DNA of 64,000 nt from Coleofasciculus sp. B1-GNL1-01 (GTDB lineage: Bacteria; Cyanobacteriota; Cyanobacteriia; Cyanobacteriales; Coleofasciculaceae): assembly GCA_040220235.1 (NCBI GenBank), contig JAVJTO010000102.1; one strand, 5' to 3'. Shown piece by piece: positions 1 through 10,643 of the stretch. The position numbers were made by a program, and so were the translations under genes. Every line of letters starts with the position of its first letter. Positions within the stretch are counted from its first letter, which is position 1. The notes beneath the pieces were generated by a model, which was given only the letters and a program-made list of their open reading frames with translations, was not told the origin of the DNA and searched no databases.

Positions 1-117
1 GCGCTGTTGCGGGGAGAGATGTCGCGAGTTCTAAGTGTGCTACAGGAGGGACTTGGTTCGCCAGAGCATCAGGATATGTGGAGGAATTATCGAGAGCGTC
101 GCTCCAGTAACCGTTAA
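1..117 (+). CDS. 3' end of a Uma2-family (putative restriction endonuclease-like) gene, truncated by window edge
   Basis: Frame 1 reads ALLRGEMSRVLSVLQEGLGSPEHQ...*, resembling the C-terminus of cyanobacterial Uma2 proteins. Confidence 0.55.
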   Translation, partial: ALLRGEMSRVLSVLQEGLGSPEHQDMWRNYRERRSSNR

Positions 118-247
118 ACTGAAGTTCCCCCAGCCAAAACATCGAACAAAGGGGATTCACGAGCTTATCGCTGGGTTAGAGGATGTTATGAAATTATGTT
201 GACGCTGGAAAATTTTCCGAGACGTTGCTGACTAGCTCTTGAAAGCA

Positions 248-319
248 TAAGCTGTCATGCATTTAAATTGGGTATTAGTAGGGAGGAAGATGCTCGCACT
301 ACAAGGATTGCGCCATTGT
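248..319. mobile_element. Partial copy (one end) of the TA-flanked MITE also at 18039 and 62371
   Basis: TAAGCTGTCATGCATTTAAATTGGGTATTAGTAG...AAGATGCTCGCACTAC matches the start of the 62371 copy. Confidence 0.7.
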
Positions 320-544
320 TCTCTATTTTATCCCTTGTAACTCTGTCCTCGCCCCAATTCTACCCGATTCCCGATGAGGATCTCAATGTTCCGCCGTAAC
401 ACCGATGTTCAAGTTTTCAGGGGACATCAGATGGGTAATCGCGGCTAAAAAAATGGAATTAGGGCTTGACTTTTCTGGAGATTTTAGGTAATTTTATATC
501 ATGGAAAAATATGCCGTCCTATAGACTAGACCCAGATCAACCGT

Positions 545-629
545 GACCCGTAAGGTGGGTTAGGCAGTATTAAATTTAGGTAATGAACCGTTCAATAATA
601 AATCCGCCGTAACCCACCAAGTTATCATT
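545..629. repeat. GTAG/REP-like dispersed palindromic repeat, copy 1
   Basis: About 85 bp, near-identical to 1259..1343; GGTGGGTTA...TAACCCACC inverted arms. Confidence 0.8.
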
Positions 630-632
630 TTA

Positions 633-803
633 ATGGGGTCATGCCTGATCTTAAAAAAGCGGAATTTGGATGTACAGGCACTGTTGCAGGGAGAGATGTC
701 GCGAGTTCTGACTGTGCTACAGGAGGGATTGGGTTCTCCAGAGCATCAGGCATTTGTGGCACAATTGTCTAGAGCGTCAGCCGTTACCATCTGTGGCGAT
801 TAG
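633..803 (+). pseudogene. Duplicated 3' remnant of the Uma2-like gene
   Basis: LDVQALLQGEMSRVLTVLQEGLGSPEHQAFVAQL; nucleotides 678-750 are nearly identical to 1-73; no N-terminal part. Confidence 0.6.
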
Positions 804-851
804 GTGGAGAAACTGGTAGTGTAGATTTATGTTGCCAGCGTCGATTAAAAT

Positions 852-1163
852 TTGAGCGCAAATAATCAAGATTTAAACATGGACGAATTAATGGTTCGTT
901 TGAATTTACCTCGTGATTTACTTGGGCTACTTGATGTCTCGGAAACTGACTTAGAAAAGCGTATCCGAGAATTGATTGCCCTTGAGTTATTTCAAAAAGG
1001 GAGGATTTCTTCAGGTAAAGGTGGAGAATTATCAGGGGTCTCTAAATGGGATTTTATTCAGCTTTTGAGCCGATATAAGGTTCCTTATTTTACTCAAACT
1101 CCAGAGGATTTAGTGGCTGAGGTAAATCTCCTAGAAACCCTATTAAATACAACTGAACAATGA
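852..1163 (+). CDS. UPF0175 family protein (putative antitoxin, HTH)
   Basis: ELIALELFQKGRISSGKGGELSGVSKWDFIQLL is a typical UPF0175 motif; ATG at 879 is a possible start. Confidence 0.8.
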   Translation: MSANNQDLNMDELMVRLNLPRDLLGLLDVSETDLEKRIRELIALELFQKGRISSGKGGELSGVSKWDFIQLLSRYKVPYFTQTPEDLVAEVNLLETLLNTTEQ

Positions 1164-1267
1164 TTGTGGTGTCTAATGCTAGTCCCCTAATCGCTTTAGC
1201 CAAAATTGGGCAATTGCAACTGTTGTGTTCTGTTTACAAAAAGATACATATTTCCTCAGACCCGTAG
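1160..1267 (+). pseudogene. Truncated PIN-domain (DUF3368-type) toxin
   Basis: ATGA overlap with UPF0175; MIVVSNASPLIALAKIGQLQLL is a PIN N-terminus; stops after 35 aa at the TAG of the repeat starting at 1259. Confidence 0.8.
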
Positions 1268-1343
1268 GGTGGGTTAGGCGGTATTAAATTGAGGAAATGA
1301 ACCATTCAATAATAAATCCGCCGTAACCCACCAAGTTACCATT
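1259..1343. repeat. GTAG/REP-like dispersed palindromic repeat, copy 2
   Basis: Near-identical to 545..629. Confidence 0.8.
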
Positions 1344-1937
1344 GAATCCGGGTTAACAAAAGATTCGGGTTCCTCAAGAAAATTAATGGATTTGCCCGTA
1401 GTATTGGCAAGGGGAAACGAACCAGGATGAAATTTGGTCAGATAGGAGTCTCCCCCGGACGCGATCGCACCCCTTAGGGATGAGCCAAAACACCTGGGGT
1501 CAGGTAGGGGCGACCCGCTGGCACTAATGAAAACTCCATTCCCCTCAATTTGTCGGGTTGCCCGTCCCTCCCCTACTGGCTGGAGAAAAACTGGCGATCT
1601 CGTCCTATACTACTATTTGTACTAAGGAGCAGGTCTAATCTGTTGGGGATCGATGCTGTTGGAGTCGCGAACTTGAGCAATTGGTTGGTCTAACTGTTGG
1701 AGAATTTGTTGCGGCTGGTTGATTTCCAGCTCAATGGGGAATAGACTATTAGCGATCGCGTGACCTAATCTGGCTGGAAACTGCTGCTGGAGCCGGGTAG
1801 AGACTTGGGAGCCAGCTTCAGCCATAAAACGGGTATCGGGCGATCGCACGGTGATGTCGATCTGCTGCGTTTGGGTGTTATAGTTGGGTTTGACCTCAAT
1901 CTCGTCATGTAGTACAAATCATTGCAAGCAAGTGTAA

Positions 1938-3410
1938 GTGATCAAAAACGGACTGTACAATGTTCTAGGTGCTGTTAGTCGTATGGGATTAACTGTACTA
2001 ACTATTCCTCTACTCATACGTCTAATTGGGGTTGAGGAATATGGTCTGTGGACGCTTACTTCCGCTACAGTTGGGATTGTCAGCCTAGCTGAGGGAGGTC
2101 TTTCTGTATCTACCACTGTTTTCTTGTCGAAGGATTTAGCTAATGATGATGCCGATAGTGCCTCTCAGACACTAACAGTAACAGTAGGAACAATGCTTCT
2201 ACTAGCCACGATAGCTGCAATTGTCTTATGGGTTGGTGCTCCAAGACTTATTGGCTTATTTCCCTTACTGGAGCAAAGGCAATATTTAGCAGCCGTGCAA
2301 GCATTACAAGTCGGCGGAATTGTAATCTGGGCGCAATTGCTTCAAAAAGTTCTGATTGGAGTGGAACAAGCACATGAGCAATACGGAGTAATGAATGTTC
2401 TCAATACAATCCAGATCACTCTAAGTCATCTAGGTATGTTAATAGTGGCATGGCTAGGTGGACGGACAACTGAACTGATGCAATGGCAAGCTGTTGTCAG
2501 TATAGGCGTTTTAATTGTTCATGGTTGGGTAGGATGGTTACTACTCAGACATTATCAACTATATATAGCTTGGAATAATACTAAAGGAATGGATATTGCA
2601 AAATACAGCTTAATGACCTGGTTGGCATCATTGGGCAGCGCCCTCTTTAATAAAGTTGATAGAATATTAGTCGGAGCGTCATTAGGTACTGGTTTATTGG
2701 GAGTTTATGCAGCAATTACTAACGTTACGGTACAAATTAATTCATTTTCTGCTGTGGCTATTCAACCTGTACTTCCGGCGATAAGTAACCACATTGCCAG
2801 AAAAGAGTTCGACCTATTAACACTACAGCGACAAGTCAAACAGGCACTTGAAATCAATAGTATAATTGCTCTAGGATTAGGTGCTGGACTTCTAGCATTT
2901 GCACCGCAAATAATCCAAGTAGTACTCCCTGGGCAATCTCCTAGGGATTATTTATCAGAATTTAATACTGCAACAATAATTTATTCACTCTATTCTGTGA
3001 ATGCTGTTGGTTACTACGTACTCCTAGCTGTCAAAGCTGTGAGTAAATTTATGGTGATTCAACTTGTCAGTGGGATAATATCACTTGCTCTTATAACTAT
3101 TGGTTTACACAGTTTTGGTTTGCTGGGAGCAGTCGCAGGAAATGTTGGCTATTTGGGAGTTTTTTCACTAACGTTATTGGGGATGAAAAGATTGAGTATC
3201 CCGATTGGGTTATGGTTAGAGTGGTTTAAATTTCCTTTCGTATGGTTTTTGTTAACGGTATTAATCAATACAAATGTTTTTTATATAGAATTAAAATATA
3301 AAATAATTATACTTATCTTACAATTCATTATCCTTATAAATTGGTTTAAATCAAGACAAAACATTAATCTCAAAGTTTTAATTCAGCAGATCAGTAAAAA
3401 CAAATGTTAA
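1938..3410 (+). CDS. wzx: Wzx-type polysaccharide flippase
   Basis: Many TM segments; IPLLIRLIGVEEYGLW and DRILVGASLG...GVYA MOP-family motifs. Confidence 0.85.
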   Translation: MIKNGLYNVLGAVSRMGLTVLTIPLLIRLIGVEEYGLWTLTSATVGIVSLAEGGLSVSTTVFLSKDLANDDADSASQTLTVTVGTMLLLATIAAIVLWVGAPRLIGLFPLLEQRQYLAAVQALQVGGIVIWAQLLQKVLIGVEQAHEQYGVMNVLNTIQITLSHLGMLIVAWLGGRTTELMQWQAVVSIGVLIVHGWVGWLLLRHYQLYIAWNNTKGMDIAKYSLMTWLASLGSALFNKVDRILVGASLGTGLLGVYAAITNVTVQINSFSAVAIQPVLPAISNHIARKEFDLLTLQRQVKQALEINSIIALGLGAGLLAFAPQIIQVVLPGQSPRDYLSEFNTATIIYSLYSVNAVGYYVLLAVKAVSKFMVIQLVSGIISLALITIGLHSFGLLGAVAGNVGYLGVFSLTLLGMKRLSIPIGLWLEWFKFPFVWFLLTVLINTNVFYIELKYKIIILILQFIILINWFKSRQNINLKVLIQQISKNKC

Positions 3411-4252
3411 ATGTTCGTTTTTTTTCAAAAATTCGTCGCCGCTTTTTGTTATATATATGGAAAATCAGATGTATTTTTCCATCTAAACCATTGACTACAT
3501 TTTTATTAAATGATGGTTCTCGCTTTGATTATCCTCTGAAAAGTGCTATTGGTGGCTCATTATTTTGTGGTGGATTTGAAAATAAGGAAACTGGATTTTT
3601 ACAGCAAACATTGAAGCCTGGAAGTATCTTCTTCGATATTGGTGCTAATGGTGGCATTTATACTATTATTGCAGCTAAAAAAGTAGGATTAAAAGGACAT
3701 GTGTATGCTTTTGAACCTGGACAGTCTGAGTTAGAACTCTTGCGTCATAACATTTCTATAAATAATCTCAACAATGTTACTATTGTTGAATGTGCAGTTG
3801 GAAATACAACTGGCACAGCACAACTTGCCATTTCTCGTGATGGAGCGATGAATTCTTTAGCTAAAACTAATCATCCCTGGCAATGTATCGAGCGGTGGCA
3901 ATCTGTAAAAACTATTAGCTTAGATAATTTTATACAAGAATATGGAATCAAAAAAGTTGATTTTATCAAAATTGATGTGGAAGGGGCTGAAAAGCTTGTT
4001 TTTGAAGGCTCTAATCGCCTATTGTCTTCTGATCAAGAAATAATTGTTATGTTTGAGGCTTCTGAACTTAACGTTAACAGTTTTGGATATTCGGTTCAGG
4101 AATTTATAGAAAATATAATAAATTCAGGAATGTATTTATATTACTTAGATGCGTGGGATTCTTTGATAAGAATTTATAATTACGATTCTATGTTTGGCAA
4201 AAAAATTTATAATTTTATCGTCACTAATAAACCATTAAAATTAGAATACTAA
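3404..4252 (+). CDS. FkbM family methyltransferase
   Basis: FFDIGANGG, YAFEP, FIKIDVEGAE. Confidence 0.9.
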   Translation: MLNVRFFSKIRRRFLLYIWKIRCIFPSKPLTTFLLNDGSRFDYPLKSAIGGSLFCGGFENKETGFLQQTLKPGSIFFDIGANGGIYTIIAAKKVGLKGHVYAFEPGQSELELLRHNISINNLNNVTIVECAVGNTTGTAQLAISRDGAMNSLAKTNHPWQCIERWQSVKTISLDNFIQEYGIKKVDFIKIDVEGAEKLVFEGSNRLLSSDQEIIVMFEASELNVNSFGYSVQEFIENIINSGMYLYYLDAWDSLIRIYNYDSMFGKKIYNFIVTNKPLKLEY

Positions 4253-4257
4253 CGTTT

Positions 4258-5004
4258 ATGACTCTACTACCAAAACTTGCTCGCCGTCTCCAGATATTAG
4301 CCTATATAATTGAAAAACCAAAGCTATTGGCACTTGTTTTGCAGGGTGGTTCAGTCAATAAGTTTATCTCTTTAGATCAACCCTGGCTACATGAATTAAA
4401 GATAGAAACAGTTCTCGATATTGGGGCACATGCTGGTATATCTGCTGTCACGATTCATTCACTTTTTCCGAAAGCACAAATTTATTCATTTGAACCTTTG
4501 CCAATTTGTTTTCAGCAATTGCAAATGAGAATGGCAGGCGTAAACAACTTTAAGGGATTTAATATTGCACTGGGAGATTGTTTAAGTAATTTACCTCTGG
4601 ATTGTAATAGCTTTACACCATCATCCTCATTTCTCAAAATGACCGATTTGCATAAAACCGAATTTCCTTATACCCGTCATAGCCAACCTCTGAGCGTCAA
4701 GGTAGAAAGGCTAGACACCATAGCGGAACAAATACCAATTATTGACCCTCTCTGGATTAAAATTGATGTTCAAGGCTATGAAGAAAAAGTTCTGCGGGGT
4801 GGTGAGAAAACGATTCAACGAGCCAAACTAATTATCGTAGAAACCTCTTTTAAAAAACTGTATGAAGGTCAGCCATTATTTGACAATATATATAATCATC
4901 TGATAAAACTTGGATTTGATTATTTCGGTTCTCTTGACCAGTTACGTAGCCGTAAAAATGGACAGGTTTTGCAAGAAGATAGTATTTTCATGAAAAATGC
5001 ATAG
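4258..5004 (+). CDS. FkbM family methyltransferase
   Basis: VLDIGAHAG, YSFEP, IKIDVQGYE. Confidence 0.9.
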   Translation: MTLLPKLARRLQILAYIIEKPKLLALVLQGGSVNKFISLDQPWLHELKIETVLDIGAHAGISAVTIHSLFPKAQIYSFEPLPICFQQLQMRMAGVNNFKGFNIALGDCLSNLPLDCNSFTPSSSFLKMTDLHKTEFPYTRHSQPLSVKVERLDTIAEQIPIIDPLWIKIDVQGYEEKVLRGGEKTIQRAKLIIVETSFKKLYEGQPLFDNIYNHLIKLGFDYFGSLDQLRSRKNGQVLQEDSIFMKNA

Positions 5005-5941
5005 TCAGAGATTGTTTCCTGCTTTACTTAAACTAAAAAACGGAAAATTTTGGAAAATGTTAAATTTAAGTACTCTCAAAGAAAAAGGAATTAGAAAGTT
5101 TTGTATAAGGACATGGAGTTTATGGGAAAAATTGGGAATTCATGTTTCTCCCAATCACTTTTACTGGCCTATACCCGATACGACAGAGCTAACAAATTAT
5201 GACTTTAGTCAAACCTTTCCCACGGAGGGAATTGATTTTGATGATCAAGCAATGCTCAATTTACTGAGTGAAATCGCTAAGTACCGAGAAGAGTATTTTA
5301 AGATATATACATGCTCTGGATATGAGTCCAATGGTGACGGAGCCATACTTTATGGCATGATTAGAAAATATAAACCAAGGCGGATTATAGAAATTGGTTC
5401 GGGTTTTTCTACAAAAGTTTCTGGGAGGGCTTTGCAACAGAACCAATCAGAAAATTTTACTGGAGAAATAGTCTCAATAGAACCTTATCCCTCAGCCGTT
5501 CTTTTAAATGTTGTCAATCAAAGTGATCATATTACCCTAATTCAAGAAAAAGTTGAAAAAGTAGGAAATTTAATTCTTGAATCCCTGAGCGCTGGAGATG
5601 TACTATTTATTGATTCATCCCATGTTGTTAAATGTGGCAATGATGTACATTTTATTTACTTAAATTTACTACCAAAAATTCCAGTCGGAACGATCGTACA
5701 TATACATGATATTCGTTTTCCTTATGAATACCCAAGGGAGTGGGTCATTAATGCAAAAAAATTTTGGAATGAACAATATTTACTTCAAACGTTTTTAAGC
5801 TTTAATGATAGTTTTAAAATTGTATTTGCGGGAAATTATATCTACAATAAGTATCCTCAGATAATGAGAGAATCACTAGTAGGCTTGGGTGACGAAGAAA
5901 ATGGCTGGCCCGGATGCTTTTGGATAACAAGAGTAAAATGA
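4997..5941 (+). CDS. Class I SAM-dependent methyltransferase (Methyltransf_24-like)
   Basis: KPRRIIEIGSGFST, LFIDSSH, VHIHDI. Confidence 0.85.
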   Translation: MHSQRLFPALLKLKNGKFWKMLNLSTLKEKGIRKFCIRTWSLWEKLGIHVSPNHFYWPIPDTTELTNYDFSQTFPTEGIDFDDQAMLNLLSEIAKYREEYFKIYTCSGYESNGDGAILYGMIRKYKPRRIIEIGSGFSTKVSGRALQQNQSENFTGEIVSIEPYPSAVLLNVVNQSDHITLIQEKVEKVGNLILESLSAGDVLFIDSSHVVKCGNDVHFIYLNLLPKIPVGTIVHIHDIRFPYEYPREWVINAKKFWNEQYLLQTFLSFNDSFKIVFAGNYIYNKYPQIMRESLVGLGDEENGWPGCFWITRVK

Positions 5942-5954
5942 GGACTATTACAAC

Positions 5955-6776
5955 ATGGAGAGTAAGCCACTCGTTTCTATTATTACAGTATGTCGCAATA
6001 GTCAAACTTATATTAGGTTTGCCATAGAGTCAGTTTTAAATCAAGGCTATCCTCATATTGAATATATTATAGTAGACGGAAACTCAACCGATGAAACTCT
6101 AGCTATTATCCAAGAATATGAACCTAAATTTCAAGGTAGAATGCGCTGGATATCTGAACCCGATAAAGGTATCTATGATGCTATAAATAAAGGAATAAAG
6201 CTGGCAAAAGGTGAAATTATTGGAATCCTTAATAGTGATGACTGGTACAGCAGTGTTGCTGTCGAAAAGGTCGTCGCCCTTTTTCTGAGTGATACAAATA
6301 TAGGTTTAGTACATGGTAGACTCGCCAATTATAATAATCAAGGTAAACTAGATAGTGTTTATGGAAAAAGACTGAGTCGCTTCTCTTTTGCTGAACAGAC
6401 ACCTTTTAGTCATCCAACCTGTTTCGTTAGAAAAACAGTATATGATAGTATTGGTCTTTTCGATTTGCAATTTAGAACGGCATCGGATTATGATTTTATG
6501 TTACGGGTTTACGGTTCAGAAACTCTTAAAACTGTGTACCTTGATGAGGTAGTAACAAATTTCCGAAAAACTGGTGTTACGTCTTCAATGTGTATTTCGC
6601 CCATAGTCCAAATTTTTAGGCTACTTAGGAAAAACAAATACAGATTCTCCTATATAATAATTGGCATTGTATACAGACTAACTAGAGATATAATAAAAAT
6701 TGCTTTAGTGTCACTGAAATTAGAAGTAGTAATTAAATTCAGGCGTCGCTGGAGTCACCTCCATGAAAAAGTATGA
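5955..6776 (+). CDS. Glycosyltransferase family 2
   Basis: VSIITVCRN, IIVDGNSTD, DKGIYDAINKG, LNSDD. Confidence 0.92.
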   Translation: MESKPLVSIITVCRNSQTYIRFAIESVLNQGYPHIEYIIVDGNSTDETLAIIQEYEPKFQGRMRWISEPDKGIYDAINKGIKLAKGEIIGILNSDDWYSSVAVEKVVALFLSDTNIGLVHGRLANYNNQGKLDSVYGKRLSRFSFAEQTPFSHPTCFVRKTVYDSIGLFDLQFRTASDYDFMLRVYGSETLKTVYLDEVVTNFRKTGVTSSMCISPIVQIFRLLRKNKYRFSYIIIGIVYRLTRDIIKIALVSLKLEVVIKFRRRWSHLHEKV

Positions 6777-8071
6777 AATCCAAAAGTAATTTACTACTAA
6801 GAAATTTAATTTGTGCCTATATTTTTTTTGCTAGCTGGACAGATTCGTTTTCTTTGGGCAAAAGATTTCCTTTACACATTGTCATTTTAGGTGCTATTGT
6901 AGTTGTTTTTATAAAAGCCTTTCTCAAGGGTCAAAAAATTCCTTGCAGAGCATACAAACCTGAAGACTTTTTCGTGATACTATGCTTTGGTGGAGTGTGC
7001 TTATCAGGACTTTTAAATTTAAACGGAAAAACCGTGAACTACGTTCTTGCTTATTTTTCTGTCTTCATCATAGGTTATTTACTCTTAAAAGGGATAGTTT
7101 ATCAAAACATTAACTGGCACACTCTACTCAAAATCAACACAATTGCCCTTGTTTTTACAGGCTTATTTACAACATCTGAATTTTTGATAGAATTTTTGAC
7201 TGGCTTTGATATCCAAACACTAATACCCAGAGACAATCCAGCAAGAGCAACTTATCTTCTACGATTTCCCAGAGCCTATGGTTTTTCAGATGAGCCAACT
7301 ATCCTTGCTTTCTACTTTAATACCCTGGGATCTATTGGTTTATGGAAATTATGGCATTGGAATAGTATTGGCAGAGTTTTTTATAGATATTGGTTGAAAA
7401 TTTCTCTCACTCTGATCGTAATATTTGCCTGGTTCAGTACATTTTCTGCCGCCGGATTTGTTTTTCTTCCTTGCAGTCTAATCTTGGCAAACTGCTTAAA
7501 AAAGCGGCACAAGTTTTCAATAACTATATCCCCTAGACTTATATTTTTAGTTGTACTGAGCATAGTAATAGTGACTATTCTGTTTTCTATTGTTTCTTTG
7601 AATATTTTTCAATCTCGAGAAATTATCAACGAATATACAGATCCTCTCCTGACTAAAGTTACTTTACAAGATGATAAACACGTCAATATAAGAGTCACTG
7701 CTTGGATAACCAGCCTTGACAATATACGCAGATCTCTGGTATTTGGTATAGGTGTGGGACATCAATCCGATTCTGGCTTGAATAGCTCATTTAACTGGTA
7801 CTTGTTTTTGATGCTAGAAGGTGGATTGATTTCGTTCTTGCCAATTGCTGTATTTCTTTGCATCTCATTTTTGAGAATAGCTATGTCTAATGTACAAGGA
7901 AAGCTCTGGTTTATGACTGGATTCTTAGCTGGAGCCATGCATCTATTGGTTATTGCCACATTTTATCATCCTTTTCTATGGATATTACTGATTCTTTTTT
8001 CGACCTGTAATGAACAAAAAAAGATTTACGAAAAAACAGCAAGCCAAGTTGATTGTAACTGTGGTCAATGA
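6773..8071 (+). CDS. Wzy-like O-antigen polymerase/ligase membrane protein
   Basis: Polytopic; RAYGFSDEP and FGIGVG motifs; position in a polysaccharide cluster. Confidence 0.75.
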   Translation: MKSKSNLLLRNLICAYIFFASWTDSFSLGKRFPLHIVILGAIVVVFIKAFLKGQKIPCRAYKPEDFFVILCFGGVCLSGLLNLNGKTVNYVLAYFSVFIIGYLLLKGIVYQNINWHTLLKINTIALVFTGLFTTSEFLIEFLTGFDIQTLIPRDNPARATYLLRFPRAYGFSDEPTILAFYFNTLGSIGLWKLWHWNSIGRVFYRYWLKISLTLIVIFAWFSTFSAAGFVFLPCSLILANCLKKRHKFSITISPRLIFLVVLSIVIVTILFSIVSLNIFQSREIINEYTDPLLTKVTLQDDKHVNIRVTAWITSLDNIRRSLVFGIGVGHQSDSGLNSSFNWYLFLMLEGGLISFLPIAVFLCISFLRIAMSNVQGKLWFMTGFLAGAMHLLVIATFYHPFLWILLILFSTCNEQKKIYEKTASQVDCNCGQ

Positions 8072-9191
8072 CATCAGTCCTACTAGCATGGCTCTGAATG
8101 AGTTTGTTTTGTATAGAGCAAAACATTATTCTGATGAAAAGCATTTTATAGTAGTATTCCTACCTGTCGATGAGAAAACTAAGGCTATTTACCAAACTAA
8201 AATAGCTAGTTATAATGTAGAAATAATTGAATGTTACGGAAATTTGAGGCGGTTTTTTACAAGTATTTATTCTTTTATTAAAGCGGCACATCAGCAAGGC
8301 AAACAAATATTATGTCATTTACATAATCCTAAAACTGCCTTGATGTTGATAATAGAATGGTTGATATTGGCAAACAGATTTAAACTACCGAAGTTATATA
8401 CAGTTCACAGCGTATATACTAGATACAGTGCGTTAAATAAGTTCGGTACTTTTCTCAGTATTTTACTCTGTGATAAGGTGAGTTGTAATAGCTACTCGAG
8501 CTATTTGGCTCTTCCGCAGATAGCTAGAAACATAAGAAAAAATGAGTTGAATGTGATTTTTAATGGCATAGATATTACAGGTATTGATGCTATTGCTGCA
8601 AACGGGGAAGCTAATCGCTCTCTCTTTGCCAACGATGTCGGTCAGCGATTTCGGTTAATTTCTGTAAATAGATGCGTAAAAGCTAAGAATATCTCATTTC
8701 TATTAAAAGTTTTGCGAGACTTGCCACCCTTCATTACATTGACTCTAGTTGGAGATGGTATTTTACTACCAAATCTCAAGCAGCAAGCCAAAAAATTAAA
8801 AATTGATGATCGTGTTTTTTTTACGGGGCGTCTCTCTCGCGAAGCAGTATACAGAGAAGTTCTTCAGGCTGACGTTTACATATCAAGTTCTATATGGGAA
8901 GGTCTGGGTAATGCAGTACTAGAAGCAATGGCTTTAAGAAAACCTGTGGTCTTATCCAATATTAAGCCATACAAAGAGATCGCTAAAAAGGGCAAAGGTA
9001 GTATTAAAGTTATTGATTTTAATATTAAGGAATGGACAATACTAATTAAAAAATTAAGCCAGGAATCAAAAGATACTCTTCAAGAGTTAGGTGAAGCTAA
9101 TAGAAAAATAGTTGAAGATAATTTCTCTTTAAAAAAAATGCATGAAGAATACTCACAAATATATAAATTTTTATGGAATCAATCAATTTAA
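8010..9191 (+). CDS. Glycosyltransferase family 4
   Basis: SSIWEGLGNAVLEAMALRKPVV (EX7E motif). Confidence 0.9.
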   Translation: MNKKRFTKKQQAKLIVTVVNDISPTSMALNEFVLYRAKHYSDEKHFIVVFLPVDEKTKAIYQTKIASYNVEIIECYGNLRRFFTSIYSFIKAAHQQGKQILCHLHNPKTALMLIIEWLILANRFKLPKLYTVHSVYTRYSALNKFGTFLSILLCDKVSCNSYSSYLALPQIARNIRKNELNVIFNGIDITGIDAIAANGEANRSLFANDVGQRFRLISVNRCVKAKNISFLLKVLRDLPPFITLTLVGDGILLPNLKQQAKKLKIDDRVFFTGRLSREAVYREVLQADVYISSSIWEGLGNAVLEAMALRKPVVLSNIKPYKEIAKKGKGSIKVIDFNIKEWTILIKKLSQESKDTLQELGEANRKIVEDNFSLKKMHEEYSQIYKFLWNQSI

Positions 9192-9353
9192 ATTAATTTA
9201 TTAATTTAAATTGATTAAAATACATCATTGAAACCATAAAAAAGCATTTGATATTTATCAGGAACATCTAATGGGCAGTATAATTTATAATTTATGAGAT
9301 GTGTTAAAGTTTCAGACATGGCTAGAAACACAACATTAAGCAGGTAATTTTGA

Positions 9354-10634
9354 ATGAGTGTTCACATTTCAGTGATTGGTCTGGGCTATGTCGGTCTTCC
9401 CGTCGCCCTAGCATGTGCCAAAAAATTTTCCAATACCGTTGGTTTTGATATCAATGTCGAAAAAGTAGAGGCATTAAGACAAGGTATAGACCTTACTGGT
9501 TCAGTGTCTCCCAATGAGCTGAAAACTACCTCGCTTAAACTAACCTATGACCCAAAAGCCCTAGTAGAAACCAACTTTTTTATCGTTGCTGTCCCTACCC
9601 CTATTGACCGCAATCACCGTCCCGACCTCACCGCCTTGATTAAAGCGTCCGAAATAATCGGCAAAGTTCTCACCCCTGGCTCAGTTGTGGTCTATGAATC
9701 CACAGTTTATCCGGGAGTAACCGAGGAAATCTGTGGCACAGTCTTAGCCAAAGTGTCAGGGTTAAGACAAGGAATTGATTTCAAATTGGGCTATTCTCCA
9801 GAACGGATTAACCCAGGTGATAAAGCCCATACCCTTGAAAAAATTGTCAAAGTGGTTGCAGGTGAAGATCCTGAAACCCTAGAACGAGTCGCTAACGTCT
9901 ATGACACCATTATTGAGGCTGGTATCTATCGCGCCCCTTCCATTAAAGTAGCGGAAATGGCGAAAGTCATTGAAAATACCCAACGTGACCTCAATATCGC
10001 CTTTATGAACGAATTAGCCTTGATTTGTGATCGCTTAGGTATGCGTACTCAGGATGTCCTCAAAGCCGCTCAAACAAAATGGAACTTTTTGCCATTTACT
10101 CCAGGACTCGTCGGTGGTCACTGTATCGGAGTTGATCCCTACTACTTAACGACAAAAGCCGAAGAACTAGGCTATCACCCCCAAGTCATTCTTGCCGGTC
10201 GTAGGATCAACGATAATATGGGAACCTATCTCGGTCAGCGATTTGTTAAACTGCTTGTACAAGGCAATTTATCCATCAAAAATGCAAGAGTAGGGATTTT
10301 GGGTTTGACCTTTAAGGAAAATGTTCCTGACCTAAGAAACAGCCGCGTTCCTGATATTGTTCAAGAACTACGGCAATTTGGGATTAACCCTCTTATTCAT
10401 GATCCATTAGCTGATGCTCAAGAAGCCCAACGCGACTATAATATTCAGTTAGTGGAATGGCAAAATCTATCAAATTTAGATGGACTCATCTTGGCTGTGA
10501 GCCATCAGTGGTACTTGGATTTGCCTCAAGAGAAACTTTTGGCGTGCTTGCGATCACATTCTGTATTGATGGATGTCAAATCAGTCTTTGATCCGGCTAG
10601 ACTACCCCCACACTTACATTACTGGAGTTTATAA
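9354..10634 (+). CDS. Nucleotide-sugar dehydrogenase (UDP-GlcNAc/GalNAc 6-dehydrogenase, TviB/WbpO-like)
   Basis: GLGYVG, YSPERINPGD, GGHCIGVDPYYL, GLTFKEN. Confidence 0.92.
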   Translation: MSVHISVIGLGYVGLPVALACAKKFSNTVGFDINVEKVEALRQGIDLTGSVSPNELKTTSLKLTYDPKALVETNFFIVAVPTPIDRNHRPDLTALIKASEIIGKVLTPGSVVVYESTVYPGVTEEICGTVLAKVSGLRQGIDFKLGYSPERINPGDKAHTLEKIVKVVAGEDPETLERVANVYDTIIEAGIYRAPSIKVAEMAKVIENTQRDLNIAFMNELALICDRLGMRTQDVLKAAQTKWNFLPFTPGLVGGHCIGVDPYYLTTKAEELGYHPQVILAGRRINDNMGTYLGQRFVKLLVQGNLSIKNARVGILGLTFKENVPDLRNSRVPDIVQELRQFGINPLIHDPLADAQEAQRDYNIQLVEWQNLSNLDGLILAVSHQWYLDLPQEKLLACLRSHSVLMDVKSVFDPARLPPHLHYWSL

Positions 10635-10643
10635 GGAATTAAC

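Noticed and set aside
330..440. Possible transposase N-terminal fragment on the minus strand
   Set aside because: Short, interrupted by a stop and no diagnostic motif.
1622..1920. Minus-strand open frame (FVLHDEIEVKPN...IRPAP) with HIP1 sites
   Set aside because: May be a gene remnant cut by the polysaccharide cassette, but no family is recognisable and there is no convincing start.
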